Assembly (NCBI GenBank): GCA_049889275.1
Contig: JBMHDS010000049.1
Location: 61,501 to 125,500, forward strand
Direction: 5' to 3'
Source of the DNA: Bradymonadia bacterium
GTDB lineage: Bacteria; Myxococcota_A; Bradymonadia; UBA7976; UBA1532
DNA length: 64,000 nt
A program made the translations under genes and the position numbers. The notes under the pieces were generated by a model. It was not told where the DNA came from. It did not search any database and saw only the letters and a program-made list of their open reading frames with translations. Below, piece by piece: positions 18,037 through 30,400 of this stretch (its first letter is position 1; each line of letters starts with the position of its first letter).

Positions 18037-19575
18037 GTGATGATGTTCAGGCGACCGATGTTTGCAGCGCTCGCTGTTTTATTGGGTGTACCCAGCGTAA
18101 GCTATGTGACCCAGGCCGAGGGACTCAAACCTCGCGTTTGGATCGGGCCGATTAAGGCGCGAGACGGCGTAGCAGGGGCAAGTTTATTGGCCGAGAAGTT
18201 CGATGAGGTGGCTCGCTCGCAACTGAGGCGTAGCAAGAAGGTGGAGACCTCAGACCAAGGTGGAATGGGTCCGGTCGCCGCCGGTGAGACGGACCCGCGT
18301 ATCGAGAAGGCAGAGCGCTTCTCTGTTGCGGCTAAAGCAGCGTATGCGGCAGGCAAAAAAGACGTCGCGTTCAAGCAACTGAAGGCTGCACTCGAGTTGT
18401 TCGAGGCAGGGCTTGCGTCTGTCAAAAAGATCGATCCGCTGCTCGCGACCCTTGGATATCTTGGCGCGGCGGCGTTTGACCTGGGATACGAAGGCGATGC
18501 GCGCGACTACTTCCGACGGGTGATTGCCATGCTGCCGGACGCGGAGCCACTCGACGAGTACAGCGAAGGCGCCAAAGAATACTTCAAGAAAGTCCAGAAA
18601 AAGTTACTGCGTAAAAAGCGTGGCAGCATTTACGTCACATCGAAACCGCGCGGCGCAGTTGTAAAACTCAACGGCGTTGTCAAAGGCAAAACACCCCTAT
18701 CGGTGAAGAAACTTGTTCGCGGCGAACATTACATTCAAGCTGAGCATCCGGAGGCCGGTCTCGCCGGTGCGGTTGTCAAAGTGAAGAGTAGGCGAAATAG
18801 TCGCGTCAAGCTTGCGTTGTCGAACGATGTCGGTCCCAAGGCACCTGAAAAGGCGTCGCCCGAGGATGTAAACGTCCTGATCGGGGCGGTGGCTTCGAAT
18901 CAGCTCGACCGGAAGTTCAAGGACAAGGCACGGCAGGTTGGTGAGATGACGCAGTCGAGCTATGTCGTCGTGGGCGTTATCGATGCAGAAGGTAACGGGT
19001 TTGTGCTCAACGCTTTTGTGTATGGACAAAAGGAAAAACAGGTCGTCGCGCTTGATCGCTTCAAGTTCAAGGCGGATATCGCGAGTACGATGATTCAGGC
19101 TGCTCGGTTTGCGAAAGAGGTTGAGAAGTCGGCGCTCGCATTCCCGCAGGACAAGGTCTTGTCTGGCGGCGTTTTTGTCGTGCGGGCCGAGCCGATTCCA
19201 GCGCCGTCTGTTCCAGCGTCCAAGCCAGCACCGGCCCCCGCACCGCCGGTTGTCGTCGCACCGACGCCGAAGCCGGTGGCTAAGCCTACGCCCAAGCCTC
19301 AGCCGAAGCCGGTGGTTGTCAAGCCAGCCGAACCAAAGCCTGCGCCTGTGGTCACGCCCTTGCCGCAACCGAAGCCGAAAGCAGGCCCTGACTTGGCGCG
19401 GCCTGCGCCCTCTGCACCGACACCTGCGCCCTATACCTCTCGGCCCAAATGGTACAAATCATGGTGGTTTTGGTCCGTCACGGGTGCGGTTGTCGTAGCC
19501 GGTGGGGTCGGCGGGTATTTTCTCTTGGCCGAGGATGAGCCAAGCGACCAATTCCAATTAAACGTGAGGTGGTAA
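18037..19575 (+). CDS. Exported TPR/PEGA-domain protein with Pro-rich linker and C-terminal hydrophobic anchor
   Basis: Signal peptide; TPR-like helices; PEGA (GSIYVTSKPRGAVVKLNG..GKTP); P/K/A-rich linker; WYKSWWFW followed by a Gly-rich hydrophobic helix. Confidence 0.8.
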   Translation: MMMFRRPMFAALAVLLGVPSVSYVTQAEGLKPRVWIGPIKARDGVAGASLLAEKFDEVARSQLRRSKKVETSDQGGMGPVAAGETDPRIEKAERFSVAAKAAYAAGKKDVAFKQLKAALELFEAGLASVKKIDPLLATLGYLGAAAFDLGYEGDARDYFRRVIAMLPDAEPLDEYSEGAKEYFKKVQKKLLRKKRGSIYVTSKPRGAVVKLNGVVKGKTPLSVKKLVRGEHYIQAEHPEAGLAGAVVKVKSRRNSRVKLALSNDVGPKAPEKASPEDVNVLIGAVASNQLDRKFKDKARQVGEMTQSSYVVVGVIDAEGNGFVLNAFVYGQKEKQVVALDRFKFKADIASTMIQAARFAKEVEKSALAFPQDKVLSGGVFVVRAEPIPAPSVPASKPAPAPAPPVVVAPTPKPVAKPTPKPQPKPVVVKPAEPKPAPVVTPLPQPKPKAGPDLARPAPSAPTPAPYTSRPKWYKSWWFWSVTGAVVVAGGVGGYFLLAEDEPSDQFQLNVRW

Positions 19576-19576
19576 A

Positions 19577-21190
19577 ATGTTGAAGCGATACCTACCAATA
19601 TTGTGCGCCATCTCTCTGTCATGCGGTGAACCAGATCCGACTTCCGTCAGTTTGCAAGTGTATCCTGCTGAAGGCGCGATGCATGACAACGTACTCGTCG
19701 ATAACAGCGCATCGTTTATGGAGCTGTTGCTGACGGGCGGCCCGCGCCCGTTCGTCGAACGCTTTTCGCTGACAGGTAGTAGCGGTAGGCTCACCGACTT
19801 GCCTCTCGGTACCGGATATCAGCTGACAGCTCGAGGCTACCAAATGAACGCTGATGGCTCCTCGTCCTTAGTTTTTTACGGCGGGACGTCTCGTTTTGAT
19901 GTGACCGGTGATGGACTGCCGCCGCTTTCCATTCAGGTGGGCCGCGCGAACTGTGTCGCTTATAACCGACCGTCGATCTATCGCTCGCTTATCGGCAAGG
20001 CTGACCTTGTTGATAAGCGAGTCGGCTTTGCTGTCACTAAGTTGCCCGACGGTCGCGTTCTGATTACGGGTGGGGCGGAGCTCGATGCCAACGGAAATAT
20101 TCAGTCGATTTCCGATACCGTAGAACTCTACGATCCGGTCCAGGGTCAGTTCATCTCGCTGCTCGACGCGTCGGGCATACCCGTGCGTATGAGCCAGCCA
20201 CGCGCCTTTCATACAGCCGTGGCGCTCACTGATGGCTCCGTTCTTCTAGCAGGCGGCCAGCTCACCGCAGCGGGCGATCTATCCAATAGCGTGTCCATGT
20301 TCTTTCCAAACGGCCCGATTTTCGAGGGCCCGGTCAGCGCACCTGACTTCATCGCTCGAAAATCGCATCGAGCCAGGCGCCTTAACGATGGTTCAGTTCT
20401 CCTCGCCGGTGGCCTTGACCTCAATGGACAGCCGCTTGCATCAACCTATCGCTATTTCCCTGCAGACCAGTCGTTCCGTCCACAGGGGGACATGGCGACA
20501 GCGCGCAGTGGTCACTCTCTAAATGACATAGAGCGCGGCGGCGAGCTGGCTCTGGTTGCGGGCGGCTACAACGGGAATGGTGTTCAGCGGACCATAGAGA
20601 TTTTCACGACAAATGCGAATCAAGCCGGATGTTTTGGTGGGCTCACACCCAGCGCGACTACGGGCTGCTGGATCTCGCTCGGAACCGCACTCGAATTGCC
20701 GACACCCGTTTGGGGACATTCAGCGGTCACTGTGAATAACGGGTCCGAGGTCGTGGTGGTCGGTGGATATACATCGTCCGACCGCACTCAGGTATCGCAA
20801 GAGGTCACTGTGATTCCTTCATCGCTGAGTGGTACTCAGAGTGCCGGCACCCTAGGCGTTGGTGGTGGTGACTTGGCTGTCGCCGTGACTTCAAACGGGC
20901 AGTCACCTGAGCTCGTTGTGGCTGGTGGTCGTCAGGGAGATACACCACAACAACGGTTTGTTCGACTCGTACGATCTCAAGTCAGCGATGTGGTGCAGTA
21001 TCAGCAGCAGGAGCTGGCTCCAGGCTGCGTGCAGCAGGGATTTCCAGAAGCTCGGTATGGTGCTGAGGCGATCGCGCTGGATAATCAGACCGTCTTAGTC
21101 ATCGGCGGTGCGAATCGAAGTGTTAACGGGTTTTCGTCGACACGTAGAGCAGAACTTTTCTTTCCCGCAAACGTGCCGGCCGGGCTCTAA
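19577..21190 (+). CDS. Kelch-repeat (7-blade propeller) lipoprotein
   Basis: Lipobox SLSC; seven hydrophobic-GG blades (VLITGG, VLLAGG x2, ALVAGG, VVVVGG, LVVAGG, VLVIGG); PRAFHTA, ARSGHS. Confidence 0.85.
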   Translation: MLKRYLPILCAISLSCGEPDPTSVSLQVYPAEGAMHDNVLVDNSASFMELLLTGGPRPFVERFSLTGSSGRLTDLPLGTGYQLTARGYQMNADGSSSLVFYGGTSRFDVTGDGLPPLSIQVGRANCVAYNRPSIYRSLIGKADLVDKRVGFAVTKLPDGRVLITGGAELDANGNIQSISDTVELYDPVQGQFISLLDASGIPVRMSQPRAFHTAVALTDGSVLLAGGQLTAAGDLSNSVSMFFPNGPIFEGPVSAPDFIARKSHRARRLNDGSVLLAGGLDLNGQPLASTYRYFPADQSFRPQGDMATARSGHSLNDIERGGELALVAGGYNGNGVQRTIEIFTTNANQAGCFGGLTPSATTGCWISLGTALELPTPVWGHSAVTVNNGSEVVVVGGYTSSDRTQVSQEVTVIPSSLSGTQSAGTLGVGGGDLAVAVTSNGQSPELVVAGGRQGDTPQQRFVRLVRSQVSDVVQYQQQELAPGCVQQGFPEARYGAEAIALDNQTVLVIGGANRSVNGFSSTRRAELFFPANVPAGL

Positions 21191-21422
21191 CGCACCGCGA
21201 CTCTTGGATGTCGCAGTCGCTGTCTTCGGGCGAGCGGCTCCGCTGGTCGTAGCGCGACCTGGTCCTTGACTCATGCCTCACACTCTTTAGCGGCTCATCG
21301 GATCGTACATTCGTCGCAGATTCGTACGTACACCAAACCCGAGACAGCATTTTTCCGGCGTTGAGATCGCGTCAATCCAAAAAACGATCAATACTGCCGG
21401 TCGCAGCTTAATAACAGGCGAG

Positions 21423-24400
21423 ATGATGTTGAAACGATCAGGTGTGTTCACATTCGCATTGGTGTGCCTGGTGTTCTGCGTGACACCGGTCGGGCACGCA
21501 CGTGTTGATGGTGAACCACACGCACTCTATGCCCAACATCGATTGTTTGGTGGCGTGGTGACCACAGGCAATACGTTGATGACACAATCTGTGGTTGCCC
21601 CCCAGGTCAACAGTGTGCTGCTTCCTCAATCGGCGGGCGATGTTCGTGGATTACCCTTCGACGCTGAGTTGGAGGGCGCCTATCTCTTCTGGAGTGGCAG
21701 TCTTGATGGCGGTATCGATCGAACCGTAACTCTCACGGCAGCGGACGGTACACGCTTCAATAACGTCCAAGCCGATCGCTGTGTATCTGTGCCCAGTTTA
21801 GGTGGTTTTTTCTATTGCCGCGCCAATGTCACCGACATATTGCGTGATAGACCAGGGCCCGGTCGGTTTAACGGGACTTATTTCGTCGGTGATGTGCGCG
21901 CATCTGTCGGTCAACTACGGCAAGATGGTTCGTGTATTGATCGCTTCTGTCAGGCTAAATATGCTGCGTGGAGCCTCGCGCTTGTCTACCGTTCGGCAAC
22001 CGCTCGCACATTACGCGACGTTTTCATTCACGATGGATTTCGCGGCCTAGATGAGGATGAGAACTCGCCGGGGGTCGATCGCTTCACCATTCGTGGATTC
22101 GATTTTCCCGAGGGTGGACGCGCGTCGCTGAGTTTCTTTGGTTTAGAAGGGGATTCGTTTTTGGGGGTCCCACCCCAAGACACCGATCCGATCATCCCCT
22201 GCGACACATGTTTTGACTATTTGGCGTTCGCGGGCACGAAGCTCAATGATGCCCTGAATCCAGCCAACAACCTGTTTAACAGTAGCTCCCCAGGCGGTTT
22301 TACGCTTGGCCTAGACCTTGACAGTTTTGACGTCTCGAATTTGCTCAATATCGGTCAGACTCAAGCTGAGATTGAGGTGGGTTCAGGAGATGGGCGGGTG
22401 ATACCCGGCCGTCCAGACCCGACCGGCGGTGGCGAGTCATTCTTCCTCGGATACGTTCTGCTCAGCGTTGACCGCAACGCACCAAATTTCAGCCGGGACG
22501 GAACTCGTCTGACCGTTGTCCCGGATGAGGGGGCGCCAAACGAGCGTGTGGTGCTCACACTGCGGGTGACCAACGAGGGGACTCGAGATGCGCCCAATAC
22601 AACCGTTACGCTGCGTCTACCACAGGGCCTGACTTATCTGCCCGATAGCCTTCGTGTCGACGGCGTTGACCCGGTGGCGGGCGCCGAGGTCGCTAATCCG
22701 CTAGCCAACGGTTTCAACCTTGGCCTGATCCCGTTCCGGGGTGACACAGACCGGCTGATAACGCTTCGCGCGACCGTGGATGGCGACGCTGAGCCTGGCA
22801 CGCGCATCGTAAGTCAAGGGACGGTAACCGCAGACACCTTGGAGTTGCCGGTCACCACCAATGAAGCGGTCCTGACCGTGCTTGGGGCGCTACAAATTGA
22901 GTCAGCCTCGAAGTCGGTTCGTGATGGCAACGGGGACGGTGTATTTGCGCCCGGTGAGGTCGCGAGCTACACAATCACCATCGCCAATCCAAATGTCCGC
23001 TCTGTTCAAGGCGTAACCATCCGCGACACCTTGCCTGCCTATCTAGACATTCTGCAGGTTGTCTCGACCAGTGGCGATGCAAGGCACAACCTTGAGAATG
23101 GTGAGATCGAGTTTACCAATGTCACCGTTTTGCCCGGCGCTGAGGGCGCACGGGTCAGCATTGTCACCCGAATCCATGATGAGGTGCAGTTGCTCGCTGA
23201 TGGCGTCCCGCAGGCAGAGATCAATGGCCTGGCTGTCGATAATCAAGCGACGGTGATCAACGGCAATCGAGTGTTGAGCACCCGTGACCCATCACCCGTG
23301 GATGGCGCGCCCGATGGGGTGACCCGTTTTATCATTTCATCCGCATTCAACATTGCAGTGGATGGTACCATCAAATCCGTTCGTGACCTGAATGATGGCG
23401 CTTTAGCGCCAGGCGACGAGTTGGAATACACCGTTCGCGTGGTCAATGGTGGCACACAGAATGCGCTGACATTCATCGATGATGAGTTTCCCGCTGGGCT
23501 GGGCGAATGTCGGCTCGTCTCTGAGTTGGCTGACGTCAGTTGCGAAGGTGGCCGGCGTCTGCGGGGCTTTGTCAATGTACCGGCCAATGGGCGTATTGAG
23601 GTTGTCTTCAGGGGGACGGTGGCTGCTGAGGCCAATGACGGTACGGTCATCCAGAATCGGGTTGTTTTGACGGCGGGCAACCAGCGGGTGGAACGTTTGA
23701 GTGATGCACTCACGGTGCAGGCTGGGCCAGACTTGAGCCGACTCACAAAGAGCGCCATCGGTGTCGTTGACGGTGTCGCTGTGCCCGGTCAGACTTTCAC
23801 CTATCGCATCAGCGTGACCAATTCAGGTAATCAGGCCGCGAGAAATTTTCGTATTGTCGATCCGTTACCGATTCGGTTTGCCGCCGTTAATCCTGCCGAT
23901 GGCGGCCGTTACGATGCCGTCTCCAATACGGTGTCTTGGGATATCGCGGAGCTCGCACCAAATTCAGCTGCGGTGGTTTCCTTCGAGGTCACCCTGAGCG
24001 ACGCCGTTGCCAATGGTACAGACATCTCGAACCAAGCGGAGATCAGCTTCGAGGGTACGCGTATTCTGTCCGATGATCCGTCGACGGACGTCAGTCTCGA
24101 CCCAACTCGAGTTGTTGTACGCTCGCAGCCACTCTTGGTGGTCACGCAGCGCGCCTCGCTCATTTTTGCCCAGCCGCGGGATACCATCGTCTATGACATC
24201 ATCATTCGTAATGAGGGAACAGATGCAGCGGAACGTGTTCGGGTGGATGGGCAACTACCCAACGAGCTGTTTCGGAGCATTGTGGCGGTGGATGGCGCCG
24301 TCGAGGCGGGAGCGCTCAGTTGGCGCTTTGACTCGGTACCTGAGCTGGCCCGTATTGAAGTCGGACAGTCGGTCGCCCTAAGGGCCCGGGGGCGTTTGAA

Positions 24401-27400
24401 TCCTATCGTTGACAACGGAACCCGGATTTCGAGTCAAATTCGGGTGAACGCCGGCTTCGGTGATGTTGTGTCGGACGACCCGAGGACGGCGGAACCAAAT
24501 GATCCGACGGTAGTCACCGTGAGATCAGCGCCAATTTATGCGCTCAGCAAGACCGTCAGTGACCTCAATGGCGGCTCGCCTCAGGCAGGAGATCGAGTCA
24601 GGTATACACTTGCGCTTGTGAATCAAGGCAACAGCGCCGGCACCAATGTGACTGTGCGCGACCCCTTGCCACCGGAGCTTGTTGATGTGATTGCGCTCGA
24701 TGGCGGCGTGGTCGTGGGCCAACAGATATCATGGCCCAGCCGTGACCGTTTGGAGGTCGGCGCAGAGCCGCTCGTCTACGAGTTCGAAGCGACGATTCGG
24801 CGGGACTTGCTCAGCGGTGCCGTGATCGCAAATCAGGCTCAAGTCTTGAGTGATGGCATAGACCCGGCCAACAGTGACGACCCCGCAACGCCCGAGCCGC
24901 TGGACCCAACCCAACTGACCATCACGGCTGAGGCCGATTTGAGCAACTCGATCAAGTTGGTCGAACCACCCAATCCGGAACCAGGAGATGTGGTTACGTG
25001 GGTGATTCAAGTGGTCAATTCAGGGACTGTGGATGCTCGCGATGTCAATGTCCTAGACCCATTGCCGACGAACTCTATATTGGATGCCAACACCGACACG
25101 GGTGAGATAGTCAATGGCACCTTGCAGGCATCTCTTGGCGTCATCCCGGCGGGAGGGGCGCGTAGCGTGATCGTCACCGCACGCCTTCGAGATGGCCTTG
25201 TGGACGGCACCGAGGTCGCCAATCAGGCTCAAATATCTGCAGCGGGCCTCGATGTCGTACTCACCGATGATCCGTCAACTCAGGCCGATGATGACCCGAC
25301 AACGCTCGTTGTAAATGCCACGCCTCAGTTGGTCATGACCAAATTCATCGATGGCCTCGCTGCTGATTCAGTGGAGCCTGGGCAGCGCATCGACTACGTG
25401 ATTCGCATCGCCAACGTCGGGTCTGGTCGGGCTGATGATGTGGTGGTCAGGGATCCAATCCCCGAAGAGACCACGTTGTCAGATGTAGGGGCAGGACAAC
25501 TGGATGGAGATGCTGTCGAATGGCGGTTATTGGACATCGCGCCCGGTGAAGAGGCCGAATTGCGGATGTCCGTATTGGTCGACGATGTCCTGGATAACGG
25601 CACATTGATCTCCAACCAAGCCAGCCTCTCGGCACCTTTTTTAGGACCACAGCCCCTCTTAAGTGATAACCCGGCCACACCTGCGGCGTTTGACCCAACC
25701 GTCGTTAGAGTGCTCAGTGGGCCAGACTTTTCAACGGCTCAACTCACTGTCCGCGATTTAGAAGACGGCGTGTTCCGACCTGATGATGTTGTCGAGTACA
25801 CACTCTCCGTGCCAAATACGGGTAACGCGGTCGGTCGGGCCGTACAGGTGCGGGCGACTCTTCCTGAGACCTTAGAGCTCTTGAGCGCGCCTGGCGCTGC
25901 GTTAATCGGTGATGAGTTGACCTGGCGTGACCTCTCCCTTGAGCCTGGAGAGCGTCAAGTTCTCACTTTTCAGGCTCGGATCGCGACACCGTTAGCAAAC
26001 GGGCGCCAAATCGCTGTGCAAGCCCGCATCGACGGCGTTGGCATTGCAGAGCCCTTTTTGTCCGATGACCCTGCGACCCCTGAAGACGACGATGCCACCG
26101 TTCTGACGGTGACCTCGGCTGCGCTGCTCACTCTGGCTAAGGATGTTGAAATTCCCCCCGGTGCGCAGTTTACGCCGGGCAGACAAGTGACATATACCTT
26201 TGTGGTTGGTAATCAGGGCGATGCCCGTTCTGAGATTAAGCAGCTGCTCGACACCTTACCGGCCGGGCTTGTGCCGCCTTTCGATACGGAGCCCGCTGCA
26301 GAGGTCGTTGGGCGCACAGTCAATTGGACCGTGCCTTCACTTGCACCGCTAGAGGAAGCACGTTTCGTCTTGACCGCCTTCATCGCTGCCGACGCGAGCG
26401 ATGGTCTTCGGGTCGCGAATCGGGCGTCCGTGGATTCGCTGGTGGCGACGGCGACTTTTGATGTTGTCAATCAAGCTTCACTCGCCACATCCACCAAGTC
26501 CGTTCGTGCCGAGAATCCGTTTCCCGGTCAGCAAGTCAGATATACACTGACGGTTGCCAATGATGGCAGCCAGCCTGCAGCGTCGGTATCGCTCGTGGAC
26601 CGACTACCCGAGGGCCTGACCCTCATCGGTGCACGGCCGCCCGCTCAAGTTGTGGGCCGTGTTTTGAGTTGGCAGTTCGATGAAGTACCAGCGAATGGTC
26701 AGCAGACAGTCGAGGTGATTTGTCAAATCGATGCGGACGTTGAAGATGGACGCCGTATGGTCAATCAAGCGACGATCTCCGCTCTTGGCATTGGCGATGC
26801 AGTGACCGATGATCCGAGCACCCCAGCAGTTGATGACGCGACGGCGTTTGTTGTTGTAAGCCGACCGTCTATCGAGCTCGCTAAGACGGTTCGTGACGAT
26901 AACGGAGGCGTATTTAGTCCGGGTGACCCGATTACGTATCGATTGGTCATTCGAAACAGCGGTTCAAGCACAGCAACAAATCTCGTCGTTACCGATAACG
27001 TACCCGGTGGCGTCAATAACGCAGTCGCCGTTGATGGCAACGTGGTTGAAGGTGTCGCGACTTGGAATATCGCGTCATTGGAGGCGGGGGAGAGAGTTGA
27101 ACGGGTGCTCCGCGGCCGCATTGATGTCGGCGCAGCCAACGCCCAGGTGATCAGTAATCAGTTCACCGTCACTGGAGCCGGTCTCGAGGCACAAACGAGC
27201 CCCGCCGCCACGCTTGAGGTGATTACAGGGTCCGTCAACCTCAGTAAAACGGTGGTCCCGCTCGCTGGCGAGTTTCAGCCAGGTACGCTGGTTGAGTATC
27301 GATTACGCGTGACTAATGAACGCGAAGTCGGCGCAGCTGAAATCACGGTCAGTGATATTCTCGATTTTGAGTCGCTTTCGGATATCGATGTTGCTGACGG

Positions 27401-30400
27401 TGGGCTTATCGACCGAGCCAACGGGCGCATCGAATGGACGCCCCAGACGACGGCCGCGCTTCGCTTCATTCCAGCAGGAGAATTTGTGGAGCTGCGGCTC
27501 AGGGCCCGTATCGGGGACGATATTATGCCTGGTGCTGAAGTCATCAACCGGGCTCGTTCGGTGGTTCGCGGCGACCCAGCACAGGCGGAGGCGTCCGCTC
27601 GATTCACGGTTGTCGGCTCGGCGGAATACAACCTCACGAAGACCACGGCGCGTGAGCGTTACCGGCGAGATGAAACGATAGAATACGAAATCGTGCTGAC
27701 CAACCGTGGGCAGGTCGCAGGCACCAACGTGACCATCACCGATGTCTTGCCTGCTGAACTTGAGTACGTGCGCGGGTCCACCATTGTGGGTGACAGGCGA
27801 GTCGCGGACCTCCCAGAGGGTCGTTCTGCGTTGGAAGCAGGACTTGTTGTTGGTTCAGGTTCTCCAGCTGTGCTCGCCCCCGGTGAGGTTGTCACAGTTC
27901 GGTTGCGGGCGCGGGCGCGAGACGCCGTGGCCGCCGGCACCCGCGTTATCAATCAGGCGCGCATGGTCGATGCACAGGGGACTGAGGTTGATGCGTCTGC
28001 TGAAGTTCTCATCGATGGCATCCCAGATCTTTCAAATCTTGTGAAGACCGGTGTACCGGAGGCAGACCCAAGCGCGCCGCGCGTTGTCTTGGGTGAATCC
28101 ATTCGCTGGCGTATTCAGGTGGAGAACCAGGGCGATGGTACAGCCGAGAATGTACGCATCTTTGATGAGTTAAACCCTCAACATACTTACATCGAAAACA
28201 GTCTCGAGGTCGATGGTCAGGTGATGACAGACGCTCAGGATGAGGATATCGCAGAGGTCATCGACGAGACCATTCGTGTGCGTGTGGCTGCACTCGAGCC
28301 AGGGGCGAGCCTTGTGGTGACTTTCCTGACTCGCGCGGTCGCCACACCGGCTGTGTCAAATCAAGCATTTGTGGATGCCGATGGCCTTGAACGTGAGCCG
28401 AGTGATGATGGTGGTGATGACCGAAATACACCGACGCGATTAGAAATCGGCGAGCCGTTAGAGAGACGTATAGACGTATCGAAAACCCTGGTTGCGGGCA
28501 GCGGGGACCGAGTGCCCATCGGTACGTCACTCGGCTATCTATTGTCGGTTGAGAACACAGGTAACGTCGCACTCGTGGGGATTGAGATTGAGGACACGCT
28601 GCCATCAGGCCTCCGTTTCGAGGGCGTTGAGGATGCGAGCGGTCCAGTCAACGTCGTTTTTAACGATGACGACCCAGAGTTAGGGTCTGGCCAGCTCATC
28701 TTGACTGATATTGGCCTTGAGCCAGGTGCGCGATTCTCAATTACGGTGAGGGTATCGACAATCGTCTCCGAGACCCCGGAGGGAGAGCTTTGCAATGAAG
28801 CCTTCTTTTCGGCACCGGGTGTTGATGCGAGCAGCGCTAAAGCTTGTGTGGAGCTTTTCTTGGACTCGGGGTCGTTGGTCGGCACGGTTTTCGAAGACCT
28901 GAACGGAGACGGGCGGTACACCGCAACCGAGGACCTCAGTGTGACGGGGATGACGCTCAGAATCTTCCCTGAGGGAGCCGATACGCTTGAACCGGTCGCT
29001 GAGGTCACCACCGATGATGATGGGCGCTACGCATTTGAATCACTGCCGGCTGGCACCTATCGGGTCGAGGTTGTTACCGCCAATGATGTGGTGGTCAAAG
29101 TGGCGCGCGATGTGCGCCTCAGCATGGACAACGATGGACTTGAAGACGTGGTGATTGCGCCGATGGGACGCATTTATGATTCGGTCTCAGGTGTGCTCCT
29201 TGATGGCGCTACGGTGACGCTTTACGAAGACCTAGACGTCGATGATGACCCCCTCGACGCCGATTCAATCGCGCAACGTGTGCGCGTCGACCCAAGTAAA
29301 CTTGAACATCCATCTCAACAGAACCAGCGCACTGCGCACGGTGGCTTGTACCATTTTGTAGTGCGGGAACCGGGCCGTTATCTCATCGAAGTACAACCGG
29401 GGGGGGTCGCCCATGTGAGCCCCTCATTGTCGAATCCGCCCTCAGTTGGCTACGCGGCAACAGAGGACGCACGTGGTCGCATCGTCGACCAACCGCTTCC
29501 CATCGCTACAGCGGGTGTGGACCAACGCTATTTTCTCGCTTTTCAAGTTGGGGTTCGAGAAGAGCGCGTTATCCACAATCACATCCCACTCGATCCTATA
29601 TCGTCGTTGATCGATATTACGAAGAGGGCCGATCGCGCCGATGTGATGGTGGGACAAATTGTCACATTTGAAGTGACAATGACCAACCGCAGTCCGAGGG
29701 ATTTACGCTTTGACGAGAGCACAGGGTTTGGCGGCGTCATCGTCCAGGACCGCCTGCCTGCGGGTCTAAAATACGTGGCGGGTTCAGCCGTCATGACGAC
29801 CTTAGAAGCGGGTCGTGAGCGCGCGTTGTTTGCCAGTGATCCGGTTGGCGCCCGCATACTGTCGTTTGGGCAACAGATCTCTGCCGATGGCGAACCCATA
29901 CCATTTGACCTGCCATCCGGTGGTGCCCGTCGATTGAAATACCAGGCAACCGTTGATGCCTCTGCGAAGCCTCTCACCACCTTGACCAATCGAGCGTTGC
30001 TGCTGAGCGATGGGAACGTGCCTGTGACAGAGACTGCAGTGGCGTCGGTAAGAGTCGCGGCTGATCCTGATTTCGACCAAGGCTTGTTACTTGGTCGTGT
30101 GTATTGCGATACCGACGAAGATGGGCAGCAAGATGATGACGAGGTTGGCTTTGCCGGCGCTCAGCTGTACATGGACACGGGCTATAGAGTCACCACCGAT
30201 GCCTATGGTCGATTTCGTTTCAAAGATATCAACCCGGGCACTCATATGGTGAAACTGGATATGCGTTCGGTGTTGCCGGGGGCGACGCTGACTACGCAAG
30301 AGTCTCGAATCATATCGTTTACCCGGGGTCTGCCTGCCCGCGTCACATTTGGCGTCACTTGCCCCGCCGATAAGGTCACCGAGGCTGTGACGGCTATCAC

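Noticed and set aside
21191-21422. Possible c-di-GMP riboswitch or structured leader before the giant gene
   Set aside because: Several short stems exist, but I could not match c-di-GMP-I or -II consensus elements; an Rfam/Infernal scan would settle it.
22498-30080. CRISPR array or DNA tandem repeat
   Set aside because: Repetition is protein-level only; there are no identical DNA repeats with spacers and no cas genes.
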